Source: Trichomonas gallinae (Eukaryota). Taken from it: a stretch of 42,198 nucleotides of DNA. The stretch is taken from assembly GCA_008369845.1 (NCBI GenBank), contig MRSU01003418.1:1-42198 (forward strand). Direction: 5' to 3'. This document shows, piece by piece, positions 19,980-31,303 of this stretch (its first letter is position 1; each line of letters starts with the position of its first letter). A model generated the notes under the pieces. The model worked only from the letters and a program-made list of their open reading frames with translations, made no database searches and was not told the DNA's origin. Position numbers and translations under genes: made by a program.

Positions 19980-20694
19980 GACAGCTATAATGTCCTTGTT
20001 TTCATATTCTATAAGCAACAAAGGTTATATTTCCGATGTTTATTTTAGATTTCGTTTTCGTTTATTACAATTGTTCCGACTCCATTTTCTCTGGATAATA
20101 TTTATTAATGCATGTATTATAATATTTAAGCGAAAATAAAGATTTCGAGATTTTATTGCAAAAAAATATATTACAGTGGATAGCATTCAAATGTCAAATT
20201 AGCTTATATATAGCCATAATATAAAGCAGTAAAAGGTTATTTTCCTTTGAATGATCATGTTATTTGGAACTTCTAATTGAAGAAAAGACTATTGATTGTT
20301 TACTGAACATTATTGGAAATTTAGCACAGTAGTGTTCGAAAAAATTTCATTTCAAATCACATAATTTGATTATTTGAAATTGTAGGATAGCTACAAATAT
20401 AAATATCTCGATCAACATATCTTAATACAATGATGTCAAAGTATTAAATGAATAATTGACAATCTCGGAAACGCAGCATAAATGCTTCATTTCATGAGAA
20501 TCTAAAACAAACACTATGTTTTTTACACCTTGAGATAGTTTAAAATGAATTATAATGCATCAATTACACTATTACATAAGTGAATCATTTTCTTTCAAAC
20601 AGAATTCCAATAGTTGAGTTCGAGCAAATAGACTCGATTTTTGAAATCCAACTTATTGAAAAAAATAAATATGATACAAAATACAAACAATAAT

Positions 20695-23600
20695 TTATAT
20701 AGGGGCAATGTTAATACAAACTAAATTGATTGCCCTTTTGAGTGATAGTTTGATCATTCCCGACTTAGGAACGCATGATGGATATTTTTCGACAAAATTT
20801 CTTGCGTGTTTTAAAATATCTTGCATTGATGATGATAGAGAGAACATGTTCTCTTCAACAAGTGTTTGCCACTTTGGAGGCAGAAGATTATACATATCAT
20901 CGGCAATGAACAGAATAGTAACAAGGAGGTCGAATTCAATGGATCTCGATAGAGTGACAACAGATGTGTTTTTGATAGCGAGTAATGCATTGGCAAATGT
21001 TTTGTACAAAGAATTAAAGAATTGATTCTTTGATTCCGCAACGCTTAAAATGAGTTTTGAGTACCTCAAAAATAAACCCATTGACTCCTCAAATTTAAGT
21101 GACTCCGGGATATCAAACTGTGCTAATATAGAAAGTTTCGTGCACAGCGATCTTAATGATTTATCAATCAATGATACGCGGATAGGATAAGAAAAGAAAG
21201 AACTCGTTCCATGTGATAAAACTTTGATTGATGAATCAAAGAACTCATAAACATTGTTCAGAAAGTCTGACATTGAAGACTGGTATTGAGCGTTATCAGA
21301 AATACAGGTTGCAATCACTTTGAAGTCAGTGCAAAGATTTCCGAATTCTATAATGAAACCTATGCATTCCTTATCTTCGTGAGTTGAGAAGCTGAAGTCA
21401 GATACATTCGATCTGAAATATTCAATGAGAAGTGCACAGATTCTATGGACTTCTGATGCAGAATTCTTTCTGCGAGAAAGTAGAGGATTTTTGAGTCTGT
21501 CAGTAACTTCTTTGAGTCTCTCAATTTCTTCATCGCTGGCTTTGATTATTCTTATTTCATCAATATTCATCAGTTTTTGAGCCATATCGTATGAATACTT
21601 GATGAACTTGGTTTGGATTTTTATAACATATTCAAGTGATTTTTCGCGTTTTCTTGCTGATCTTAGTTTTTTAAAGAAAGATTTGTAGTCGAATTCATCC
21701 AATTCAACTTTCTGCGAAAAATCAGTTTGCTTCATCTCTTGAAAGTATTTCTTAAGCTGCCTTAATGATGGTTTCTTTCCATTCGAAAATTGTGCGTCAA
21801 AAACTACAAAGCATCCAAGACAAGCGCAAATGAGACAAAGATAGTTCAACCTTTTTCTAGAAAACTCTGTCGCACTTGGCCCTTCAGCCAATGTGTGCAG
21901 ACGGAATGGAGAGCCTTTTATACTCTCTACAGTTGCTTTGATTATCGAAAAGCAGCGTGAAGAATTCGGCCTTTTCTGTTCCGACAAAACTTTCGCGAGT
22001 TCTGCGAGCCATGGAATTGTAAAATTATGCTCAAAGACTTGAGAACAAAAGCCAAAATCGAATCTGGAGATCTTTTTGAGGCTTTCATATGTCTTTTTGT
22101 TCATTGTTCTGTTTGTCGTCACCAAAAACTCGCTGTCGGAATCCGAGTCACTTTCACTCTCTGTTTTATCGGACATTTCGTTGCCAGCAGAGTCGCAGTA
22201 GTCGGATGTAGCCTGCAAGCCAATGACTAATGTCGTGTAGTACTTTTTTGTGTCAATGATTCCGACTACAGCATCTGTTTCAAGAAAAACAAGTGAATTC
22301 ACTGCTCCAATGCAATAATCGCTTAAAATTTGATATCTGTCTGTTATTGATTTGATGTTGTTGATGTTCTTCAGGACGACATCAATGTGAATAATCAAAA
22401 TATGTAGATGAGCAACCCATCTCTCTATTATTCTGGTGAGAGGCAACAGATTCTCTTCTTTCGCCCTGTCGTTCAAATACAAAGAGAAGTCATTCAAATT
22501 TTCTTTGTTGCGGACAAGAAGTGATGATAAAAACGCGTCAGGAGTTTCAACTTCATTTTGTATCATCAGTGTTCTTATCGCGTACCTAAACGAAACAAGT
22601 GCTTTGTAGAGATTTTCTTTTGAGCTGTTCATCTCTGTTTTAAGTGAAGCAACAATTGGCTGGATGATTTTTGCGTGGATTTCATTGCTGAGCTTATCTG
22701 CTTCACCAGTATTCTTCAGGTTTGAAAGAGATGATGATATCGAATCAACATAGTCTTTGATGTCAGGAGCATCTATCCTCTGAAGAGCTTCATGAACTTT
22801 TTCAACAAAAATGGGAATATCATAGAGCCTTACATCAGCTTGAGCTTCAGTATTATAAATCAAACTGTTTAGCTGCTGAGTGACAGGCAATAAAGCATTA
22901 TAAGCTATTGATAATGCAGTGCGACTTAAGCTTTGGTCTATTTGAGAAACAACTTTTTTCATTGCTGAAACAGCTCTGAACAAATTTGTGAAGAAGTCTG
23001 ACGCGCAAACAACAGCAGAATCATCAGCGCACGAAGCAATGTTATGCAAAATAGTTGTATTCTTCATGAAGAAAGTGTGCCAACGCTCAACCATTTCGGA
23101 AACATCTTTCTTCTTCGTCCTGCTTCTGTAGTCTCCTAATATAGACACAATCAATCTAACTCTGTCATCTATAATCGCAGCAAGTTCGCTGTATGTCAAA
23201 AATCCACTAAATTGACACAGCTCTTGTCTAAGATTATCATAAAATATTGTGATTCTTTTTAAACCAGGACAATTTTCTCTGCAGTGAACAATTTCATCGG
23301 CAATTCTGTAAAATGTTCGTTCAGCGAAAATCAATTTATCAAAAGCTGTTCCTGACTCAACTTCGCTGAGTTGTTTGCTGCACACATCAATTGAATGCTC
23401 GTCATCTGATGAGATTTCGCCTGTTCCCGCTGCAGGAAAAACGAAATCTTCGATTGCAACGAGTTTTTCAATTTTTTTCGTGTTATGGAGTTTCTGGAAT
23501 TTGACAATTGGCGCAGAAATTATGTCGATTATAGTCCTCAAATATTTCAAGTTCCACCCATAGAAAGGGGCGACAGGTGGATCAGGAGGGACTAAGTCAG

Positions 23601-26394
23601 AATCTACAGCGCCAACAGAAGGAGAGTGAATAGGTGTAGTTGGGCGACGAGGCGGCTCTTTGAATGTCCAGTTCACATGTTTTCCGCTCGGTTTATATTT
23701 GATTGGCGAATTGGGATCAACTAAGATCGGTTTTCTGAAACATGGGTCGTTTGAAATGGAATGAATGTGGCCCATCGACATCGGCTTTTTCTTTCTTAGT
23801 GATTTGCTGAATTTATACGCTTTTCTCCTAGAGTCAGAAAGAGGTCTGTCGTCACTATTGACAGCAGCAATCAGAGGAGAAACAGGCAAACCGTCCAATG
23901 GAGAAATAATTTTCAGAACATCCCTGCATAACTGTATCAATTTTTTTGCGTGAATTGTCATGTTTGGATCCATCTCGAATCTGCTTGCGCTGTTCAATAA
24001 ATTCCTTACAAAAGCTGCATCACTCTCAGATTCATCAACAAAGCTATTATATCTTTCAGTCATCTCGTCAATTTTTATTCTCATTTCACCTAAAAATTGG
24101 TGATCTTCTGGCGAACGGCATGAAATTTGCAGAGCTGAGATACTATAACTTATATTAGAAAATAAGTTTGCTGTCGGTGTCATTGTTTTTGCTGGGATCA
24201 TCTGCTTAAGTTTCCACAAAACTTGGTAAATCGAGGTAATCAGTTGGTGACAGTCGTATTTATTGAAATATGATAACATTATTGATGGAAGTTTTGATAA
24301 TTCCGGGATCATTATCTGTAGCTTTTCGATTATAAGGTTTATCGTTGTCGGAGAAAGTTCTGGCATTCCTTGTATTGTTAATATCAACCTGGAAAAGAAA
24401 CAAACATACTCAGATAAAGAATAAAGACAGGCGAAGTCAATGGAATGCAGCAAAAACTCCGTTTGTGTTTGCTTCAAGAAATGTCTCAATTGTTTCAACT
24501 CTTCAATTATATCTGACAAAACATATGAGCCTGTTTTGAACTGAAGAACGAACTGATTAAGCTGCGTTAAATCATAATGAAGAGATGCAGACAACAAATA
24601 AAAGTTAAAACCAGGCATTTCGATGTCCATTGTCGCTGCTGCTTGAATGAACATCACCAAATTTTGTATTGTTCCCTGTAGATGTGGAATCAATTTGAAT
24701 AAATCTAATTTTGAGTGGGAAAGATATATTTCGTCGAAGAATGGCTTCCAGCCCGCATAGAACTGGACATTTGCAGGATTGGATGATATTACCTGAGACA
24801 GTGATGATGATAGCATTGATGAGTAGTTCATTATTCGCTTGATTAATAGTAAAGGTGACTTGAAACGGTTGCGTAATATTTTTTCATCTTTCACTCCTTC
24901 TATTTTTATTTGAATTGCCGACAAAATCCATTCATACAAATCTTTGTATTCCGTGGCATCGTGGTCGATGGCGAACAAGTAATTAATGATCGCACCTGCT
25001 TCTATTAAAGGGTTTTGCCACTGATAAGCGAAAATAATGTTTTGGAATAAGTTCGAGCCTAAAACTAATAAATTATCTCTGCACTGGCTGAGAATGTTTG
25101 ACATGTAGGGGACTGACTCGTGAAAGCCAAGCTTGGAGTTTGGCGTGATGCTTGAAAAATGTGGAGGAATCAAGTTATCTGGCTCAATGATGTCGATTTC
25201 AATTGGAGTCAGTTCATCTTTGTCAGCAAATGACGGCATGCTGTTAAATCTCTCATCAACAAGAATAGCTGGCGTGTCGGTGATTTGCTTGCTAATCCAT
25301 AGGGAATGATGAATAGATCTTCGTAATAAAACCTCATTTTGAATAATTCGACCTGTTTTTATTTTTTTGTGGATTTCATCCATTTTGTTGAATAAGCTTT
25401 TGGAAATTTCCTCTAAATTCGAAAAATCCGAGGAATCTATTGATTTTTGAATATTCGATATATCAAATGTTTGATCTTTTGGGAATCTGGGTGATTCTTC
25501 ATATCTATTGATATTAAATAGTATATCTCTCACAGAATACGACAAATCATTCTTTGAAAATGGAACTCTAGGATATGAATAAATTTCTGAAATAATATGA
25601 TCGATTAAAGCAAGAATTCTGTTACAAGAGAATAGAATTGTTGGTAAATTTTCATTATCTTGGGGTGCTATCAATGGAATTGTTGATTCTAATATTCGTT
25701 TTGCATTTATAAAATTTTCTATGTTTGTTGCTAACACACTGTAGTCAAATTCTAGTGTAGATATCGTCGTAACTGTTTTTAAAACTGAAAAAAGTTGATT
25801 AATATCACAAGATGTATTTGTCTGTGTGAAATTATTAATTGCACCACATAAATCTTCATAACTTGGTTGAATATCTTCTGTTATGCAAAAGTTCGGTAAA
25901 TAAAATGTAGATTGAACGAGATTTTCAAAAATTATTGTAACTATTTGTTTTAGAATAATAAATGAATCTTGGTTGAATTTATCTGATGATTCTGTCAAAA
26001 GCATTGTAAGTTTTGTACCCCATTTCTTACCAATATTTATGAAAAATTGATTTGTATCATTATTTTGCTTGATATCATTCAGCATCATTTGTAATAGACT
26101 TAAAACGTATTGAATATCGCTATAATTTGTTGAATTTAAATCTAATTTTGTGAAATCGAAATTTATCACGAAGTAAAAGATTAAAGCAAACGATTCTTCT
26201 GTTTCAATCATTACATATTTGCGAGTTGTTGCTTCTTTTCTACGCGTTACTGTTTTTGTAGATTTGATAATAGATTGCTGGGTTATTTCTCTGGAAATTG
26301 TAAGATTTCCTGTTACAAGTGTCGTTTTGGATATAGTTGGTGGAGAAATTTGCATCGTTGCCGTTTGAATCTTCTGCAAATTCCCATCATTCAT
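20695..26394 (-). CDS. Large (1899 aa) predicted all-helical hypothetical protein
   Basis: Uninterrupted ORF of amphipathic helices with a central Pro/Ser/basic linker; no family recognised. Confidence 0.85.
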   Translation of the reverse strand: MNDGNLQKIQTATMQISPPTISKTTLVTGNLTISREITQQSIIKSTKTVTRRKEATTRKYVMIETEESFALIFYFVINFDFTKLDLNSTNYSDIQYVLSLLQMMLNDIKQNNDTNQFFINIGKKWGTKLTMLLTESSDKFNQDSFIILKQIVTIIFENLVQSTFYLPNFCITEDIQPSYEDLCGAINNFTQTNTSCDINQLFSVLKTVTTISTLEFDYSVLATNIENFINAKRILESTIPLIAPQDNENLPTILFSCNRILALIDHIISEIYSYPRVPFSKNDLSYSVRDILFNINRYEESPRFPKDQTFDISNIQKSIDSSDFSNLEEISKSLFNKMDEIHKKIKTGRIIQNEVLLRRSIHHSLWISKQITDTPAILVDERFNSMPSFADKDELTPIEIDIIEPDNLIPPHFSSITPNSKLGFHESVPYMSNILSQCRDNLLVLGSNLFQNIIFAYQWQNPLIEAGAIINYLFAIDHDATEYKDLYEWILSAIQIKIEGVKDEKILRNRFKSPLLLIKRIMNYSSMLSSSLSQVISSNPANVQFYAGWKPFFDEIYLSHSKLDLFKLIPHLQGTIQNLVMFIQAAATMDIEMPGFNFYLLSASLHYDLTQLNQFVLQFKTGSYVLSDIIEELKQLRHFLKQTQTEFLLHSIDFACLYSLSEYVCFFSRLILTIQGMPELSPTTINLIIEKLQIMIPELSKLPSIMLSYFNKYDCHQLITSIYQVLWKLKQMIPAKTMTPTANLFSNISYSISALQISCRSPEDHQFLGEMRIKIDEMTERYNSFVDESESDAAFVRNLLNSASRFEMDPNMTIHAKKLIQLCRDVLKIISPLDGLPVSPLIAAVNSDDRPLSDSRRKAYKFSKSLRKKKPMSMGHIHSISNDPCFRKPILVDPNSPIKYKPSGKHVNWTFKEPPRRPTTPIHSPSVGAVDSDLVPPDPPVAPFYGWNLKYLRTIIDIISAPIVKFQKLHNTKKIEKLVAIEDFVFPAAGTGEISSDDEHSIDVCSKQLSEVESGTAFDKLIFAERTFYRIADEIVHCRENCPGLKRITIFYDNLRQELCQFSGFLTYSELAAIIDDRVRLIVSILGDYRSRTKKKDVSEMVERWHTFFMKNTTILHNIASCADDSAVVCASDFFTNLFRAVSAMKKVVSQIDQSLSRTALSIAYNALLPVTQQLNSLIYNTEAQADVRLYDIPIFVEKVHEALQRIDAPDIKDYVDSISSSLSNLKNTGEADKLSNEIHAKIIQPIVASLKTEMNSSKENLYKALVSFRYAIRTLMIQNEVETPDAFLSSLLVRNKENLNDFSLYLNDRAKEENLLPLTRIIERWVAHLHILIIHIDVVLKNINNIKSITDRYQILSDYCIGAVNSLVFLETDAVVGIIDTKKYYTTLVIGLQATSDYCDSAGNEMSDKTESESDSDSDSEFLVTTNRTMNKKTYESLKKISRFDFGFCSQVFEHNFTIPWLAELAKVLSEQKRPNSSRCFSIIKATVESIKGSPFRLHTLAEGPSATEFSRKRLNYLCLICACLGCFVVFDAQFSNGKKPSLRQLKKYFQEMKQTDFSQKVELDEFDYKSFFKKLRSARKREKSLEYVIKIQTKFIKYSYDMAQKLMNIDEIRIIKASDEEIERLKEVTDRLKNPLLSRRKNSASEVHRICALLIEYFRSNVSDFSFSTHEDKECIGFIIEFGNLCTDFKVIATCISDNAQYQSSMSDFLNNVYEFFDSSIKVLSHGTSSFFSYPIRVSLIDKSLRSLCTKLSILAQFDIPESLKFEESMGLFLRYSKLILSVAESKNQFFNSLYKTFANALLAIKNTSVVTLSRSIEFDLLVTILFIADDMYNLLPPKWQTLVEENMFSLSSSMQDILKHARNFVEKYPSCVPKSGMIKLSLKRAINLVCINIAPI

Positions 26395-27398
26395 CCAAAA
26401 AAATTAATTTTTTGACCTAAAAAAGTTTCGCGGTCGAATGAGCTTAAAAATAGCATTCACATAGCAACAATATACATGCACAGAACTCATGTATTAATCA
26501 ATGCACTCCAATTCAATATATTCAATTTTTGGAATTAATCTCATTACAGTAAACATATGTAATTAATTTATTCATTTCAATTTACTAGTTATTCTAAATC
26601 ATTTTATATCAATTATAAAGCTTAAAAATAAATATTAAAGAATATGAAACTTTTAACCTTATTCTTTTGTTAAATCCACTACATGCAAATAACTATATGT
26701 GAAGCATGAATGGATGCATATTACAGCTATTTTATTGCATTTCGAACAAAAATTAATTTCAAAATCAAAGTCGTTGATTATTCATCACCTTTAATAATTT
26801 TTTGAGGATTATTTACCATACAATGATATATGATGTGAATATTGTTACGCATCTCTCATTTGATGCAGATATGCATCATATGTACGAATAGGCCACTTTT
26901 AAAGGAATTCTGGCATTGTAAAGTGTCAAATATCAAATGTCAAATTTTCCAAAAAATGTACTACCTTCATATGATGATGTTTACTGACAAAATAACTTGA
27001 ATTTTGTCGAAATTCAGAAGATTATCCTTAAGGAAGTCATTATCCTTAATGAATATTTCATGAAATATTGTAGCTAATTGCAATAATCTTTAAACAACGG
27101 AGCAATTCCTTTTAAGGTTATTGTTATATAAAACTATGACTAAAATTGCAAAAACTAAATCCCAAAGCCCTTTTAATCGCTGGAATATAAATTTTTTCAT
27201 TATTCTCCCGAAAATCGCTGAGTTTGGTATATTATATATAGTCAAAGCAATACTATTAAAATGTAAAGTTATTTTTCGGAAAGAAGCTAAATAAATTTTA
27301 TTTATAATTTATAAATAATAAGCATTGTTTTTGGTTATCAGAATAGTATTTTTTTGCCATTTTGTCAAATTTTTAATATTATTAGTCATTAAATATTA

Positions 27399-27989
27399 AT
27401 GTCGCAGCATCAATCTTCACATCAATCAGCAGAACATTCACAGCATTCTTCGAGAATTACTTCTCCGGCTAGTTATCCTGTATTGCTCTATAAACGAAAA
27501 GAAATGGAAGAAAAAGAACGAAAGAAAAAATTTTTGAAAATATCTTTAATCGTTTTATCAATATTTCTTTCTTTTGCACTCTCACAGTTAAAATTCAGTT
27601 ACTGCACAAGTCCATACAGCATTTTTTGCACCCCTTGTCCAAAGCATGCAAGATGTTCAAGAAACGACTTTAAATGTGAAGATCCTTATCACAAAATATC
27701 AAAAGGATGCTATAACACTACAACATCTGAGCATGAAATACAACTATTAAGTGATGAAGTTTATAATTCAATTTTAGCAAATAATATTTGGACATTTTCG
27801 AAACTAAAGAAGCAATTTCCGAATGCAAAAATACAAGATCTTAAATCAGCTTTGCGCTACAATGGAAATTTCAGACTTATTTTCCATATTATATTCCCTG
27901 ATGCTTTAATTCCAAAGGAGTATTCGTATCTAATCATAGGATCTATCCTACCTACTATATTCTTTGTTATCTTTTTGTACAAAATATAA
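27399..27989 (+). CDS. Two-TM protein with a MAN1/Src1 (MSC)-like cysteine-rich lumenal segment
   Basis: Basic stretch (ERKKKFLK), TM1, then YC...CTPCPKHARC....KCEDPY.....C, then a C-terminal TM2. Confidence 0.7.
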   Translation: MSQHQSSHQSAEHSQHSSRITSPASYPVLLYKRKEMEEKERKKKFLKISLIVLSIFLSFALSQLKFSYCTSPYSIFCTPCPKHARCSRNDFKCEDPYHKISKGCYNTTTSEHEIQLLSDEVYNSILANNIWTFSKLKKQFPNAKIQDLKSALRYNGNFRLIFHIIFPDALIPKEYSYLIIGSILPTIFFVIFLYKI

Positions 27990-28205
27990 TATTTTGTGAA
28001 TCATAAAAATAGAGATGTTTTGTTCTAAACACTATCATACTGTTATCAGATACATATAATGAAATTAACCACACTTCATTCTATGACTTTTTCCAAAAAT
28101 TATTTTATCTTAAAAAATATTCCAAATTATAAACATTCTGCACATGTAAATCCCATTGTTATTAAACAAACAAAAATTTTTTAAAAGTCTTTCACACATA
28201 TTTCA

Positions 28206-28400
28206 AGGCTTCACCTGCTAAAGAGGCGAAAGATACACATTCAAAGCTCGACTTTGAGCGAAAGCCTATCATGAATCAGTCACACCTTTTGATATATGGA
28301 AGTGTCAATAACATAGGTGATGACTGGTCCAGTGTCTACTGCCTCTTCATGTGTCGAGACCTAGAGTGACGCATGCAAGAGCGAAAGCTCTATAGCTATG
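28206..28400 (+). ncRNA. Candidate ~195-nt multi-branched structured RNA of unknown family
   Basis: Nine mutually compatible helices, G-U wobbles all favouring the plus strand, a GAAA tetraloop, and a GC island in an AT-rich convergent intergenic region with no ORF. Confidence 0.75.
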
Positions 28401-28519
28401 AATATTAAATTCTATGTACGCAAGTTGTAACTAATTCCTATCAAAAAATAAAGGGGGTGTCTGTATTTAATGTAATAAAGAATGGGTGTATTTCGAATAA
28501 TAATATACAAAACAATTTA

Positions 28520-30652
28520 TTAAGAGTTATTAACGAGGGCATCAATAAGAATAACAAATCTACTTACAGAATGGAAAACAACAGAGTGCATCGATGAAGG
28601 CTCAATCTCGTGCAGATGTTTTGTTAATTCGAAGCACGTATGCTTAAGGCTTTCGTACTCTTTTGTTTGTTTCTTCGGCATCTTGAACTCGAATTTGTCG
28701 AATACTTCGTCCATGTCTGTAGTAAATTTTTTGAGATAATTTATTGATTGATACATAAGCATGAAGTAATAGCAAACTTCGGGCAGATAAACAGAAGGTA
28801 CTGATTTAGAGCTAACATCGATCAAATCAAGCACAGAAGAGAATGTTTTGTTAAGGAATTCTTGTGAATATTCCGCAGCTGCAGCTTGAACAACTTTAGA
28901 CAAATGAGTTATCATGTCACTGAGCGATACATTCTGGGGAAGAGGCTTATTCGCACTTTTTAGCATTGACATAATTGAATTTTTCAATCTATCGAGATCT
29001 TGTTCTGCTTTATTGGTATTTTGATCGAATATCACTTCTTTTGCTGCTTTTGACTGGTTATTTTGCATTTTCTCCTTCAGTAAATTCGTAATATCAAAAT
29101 ATGTCGCATTTTCTTTGTCTTTTGAATCTGTAAAGTTCAATAATTCTTCTCTGAATGATAATAACTGTGAGCTTAGCTGCTGAAAGCTTGGAAGATATAA
29201 TTCGGTTTGATCACCAAATAAAAATTGATTCATCGATGCACAAGCTTGATTGTTTCTTGTTTGATCCAATTTTGCAAGCATTTTCTCTTCTGTAGGTTCA
29301 GAACCAATCAAATCAGCCATTTTTCCAATAAAATTATTAAATCTGTCATTTTGTTCTGTGTTTATCCTGCTCAGCCTCTTATTATCTTCTTCAAACTCTT
29401 TCTTTTCAGCATGTGCTTCAGAAGCCTGGTTTTTCAGCTTGTTCATTTCAAGTTCGAGATTAATTATTCTATGTTCATTATATTGAGCTTTTTTGATCAG
29501 TTCTTTATATGATGTTATCTCATTATCAGCTAATATATCTTTGTCGAATAGATAGTTGTTGATCTGAGAATATTTGTGATTTAAATCAGTAATTTTCCTG
29601 AATTCAGTTGCAATTTTATACAAATCATCAAAGAAGAGCTTGTGAGATTGCTGCTCATTGCCTATAACCTTTTTACCACTCTCAATGATTTCTTCTAATG
29701 TTGTTCCACCAAGATACCTAATTTCTCTCCGGCCTTGCGAAATCACTGAAGGCGGTGATTTAGACATATACTCTCTTGATGGTAGAGTTGCTGTTAGTGG
29801 CGGTGGATGATTAGGCACAGTAGATCTCGAAGTTTCTATATTAATTTCTAATTTCATGACATAGTCATCTAAAATCTCTTGAAATTGGTTCCTTGAGGAT
29901 ATAAGTGAATGATAATTCATCAAAAAAGTAATGACTGCGCGAAACATTATATTTAGAGAATTCAAGAAAGTGTTTTGATCTTCGATTGATATTTCGTGCA
30001 ATGTTGATAGAATAGTTTGTATGTTATTTACTATTTCCGAGAAGTAAGAACTGCCTTGATGAAGATATTCTTCACTTTGGAAGACGATTTCAACCGATTT
30101 CTTGAGTTCTGAGAATAATGATAGCAGCTGAGTTGTTGAATCTGTGTATTGATTTAGATTCTGTGTGATAAAAGATTTCAATGGAAGTAAGCAGTTTTCG
30201 AATTCAACACTGATTTGTCTGTATATAAAAATGTATTGTTGCTCAAGTTCATCGTTCAATTTAAGCCAATTTGTATTGAAAGGTGTATAAGATGCGCGAA
30301 TTGCGGAACTTCCTGTGACAAGGCCTGGTTTTCTGCCTTGTTTCATTGTAATGATGTTTCCACACAATCTTGATATTGTTTGGAAGAAATTTCCGAAAGA
30401 AACAGACGCTTTTGTAATTATATTTTGTAAATGGTCATGATTATTTATAAGTTTGATGTTATTTTCGTACATTTCTCTGACTGATGTCTCAAATACATCC
30501 CATGCACTCAAAAAAAGTATGTGTTTGCTATTTTCCGCAATTGTCATTGATTGCCTAGACTGAGATCGAGATGTCGGCATTGCTGTATCTATGGAAGGAA
30601 GCTGATATCGCCTGTTCGCGGCCGACGTTGTCGGCCGAGTGGCTCTCCGCAT
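28520..30652 (-). CDS. Hypothetical coiled-coil protein
   Basis: 710-aa ORF with heptad-rich segments. Confidence 0.85.
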   Translation of the reverse strand: MRRATRPTTSAANRRYQLPSIDTAMPTSRSQSRQSMTIAENSKHILFLSAWDVFETSVREMYENNIKLINNHDHLQNIITKASVSFGNFFQTISRLCGNIITMKQGRKPGLVTGSSAIRASYTPFNTNWLKLNDELEQQYIFIYRQISVEFENCLLPLKSFITQNLNQYTDSTTQLLSLFSELKKSVEIVFQSEEYLHQGSSYFSEIVNNIQTILSTLHEISIEDQNTFLNSLNIMFRAVITFLMNYHSLISSRNQFQEILDDYVMKLEINIETSRSTVPNHPPPLTATLPSREYMSKSPPSVISQGRREIRYLGGTTLEEIIESGKKVIGNEQQSHKLFFDDLYKIATEFRKITDLNHKYSQINNYLFDKDILADNEITSYKELIKKAQYNEHRIINLELEMNKLKNQASEAHAEKKEFEEDNKRLSRINTEQNDRFNNFIGKMADLIGSEPTEEKMLAKLDQTRNNQACASMNQFLFGDQTELYLPSFQQLSSQLLSFREELLNFTDSKDKENATYFDITNLLKEKMQNNQSKAAKEVIFDQNTNKAEQDLDRLKNSIMSMLKSANKPLPQNVSLSDMITHLSKVVQAAAAEYSQEFLNKTFSSVLDLIDVSSKSVPSVYLPEVCYYFMLMYQSINYLKKFTTDMDEVFDKFEFKMPKKQTKEYESLKHTCFELTKHLHEIEPSSMHSVVFHSVSRFVILIDALVNNS

Positions 30653-31303
30653 CTTTTTATAAAAAAATATTTACATCGGAGAAAATTTTGTGTCATTTAG
30701 TTAATTTTCATACCAGCAATACAAATATTGTAAAATTTCGATGATGTACGTTTTTAATAATTTGTTAACGTACACAAAATTTATACATTTCCAAAAAATT
30801 TAGAAATGCTATAGAAATAGAGTCAAGCATGTCAGTGATTAGCAAATTACGAAAATTCTGTGTATTCAAACCCTAAAAATCCACAATCAATAGACATACT
30901 ACATACCATATATCCATTTGCATGAGCTAAATCTTATTATAGGTGTGAACAGTCAATTAATCATTATAAATCAGACCAAACGCAACAATGATTTAAATCT
31001 GACAATAATTTTGACATGTAAATACTTTACGTTTCAATTTTCATTTAAATCTTTGATACCAATCAATAAGGAGTTTATTCATTTATTAAGACTTGTGCTG
31101 TTATTGGTGTTGTATTAGATGAAATGAAGTAATTGTTGCGTTATTTCTTAGTTAAAACGTAATAATTTTGTAATTTTATAGTATCTGGTCATTGTGATAT
31201 GATAATATCACTAGTATTAAACAGCATAATATAATAGTAATGTTAATATAAATTAAAAACATAATTTTATAAAAAACAATAAAATATTAAGAATATGGAA
31301 ATA

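Noticed and set aside
28206..28420. Assignment as U1, U3, U5, SRP, RNase P/MRP, group I intron or hammerhead
   Set aside because: CUUCACCUG only approximates the U1 5' end, and the U1A/70K loops and Sm site are missing. The UGAUGA at 28318 has no terminal CUGA partner. The other canonical cores are absent.
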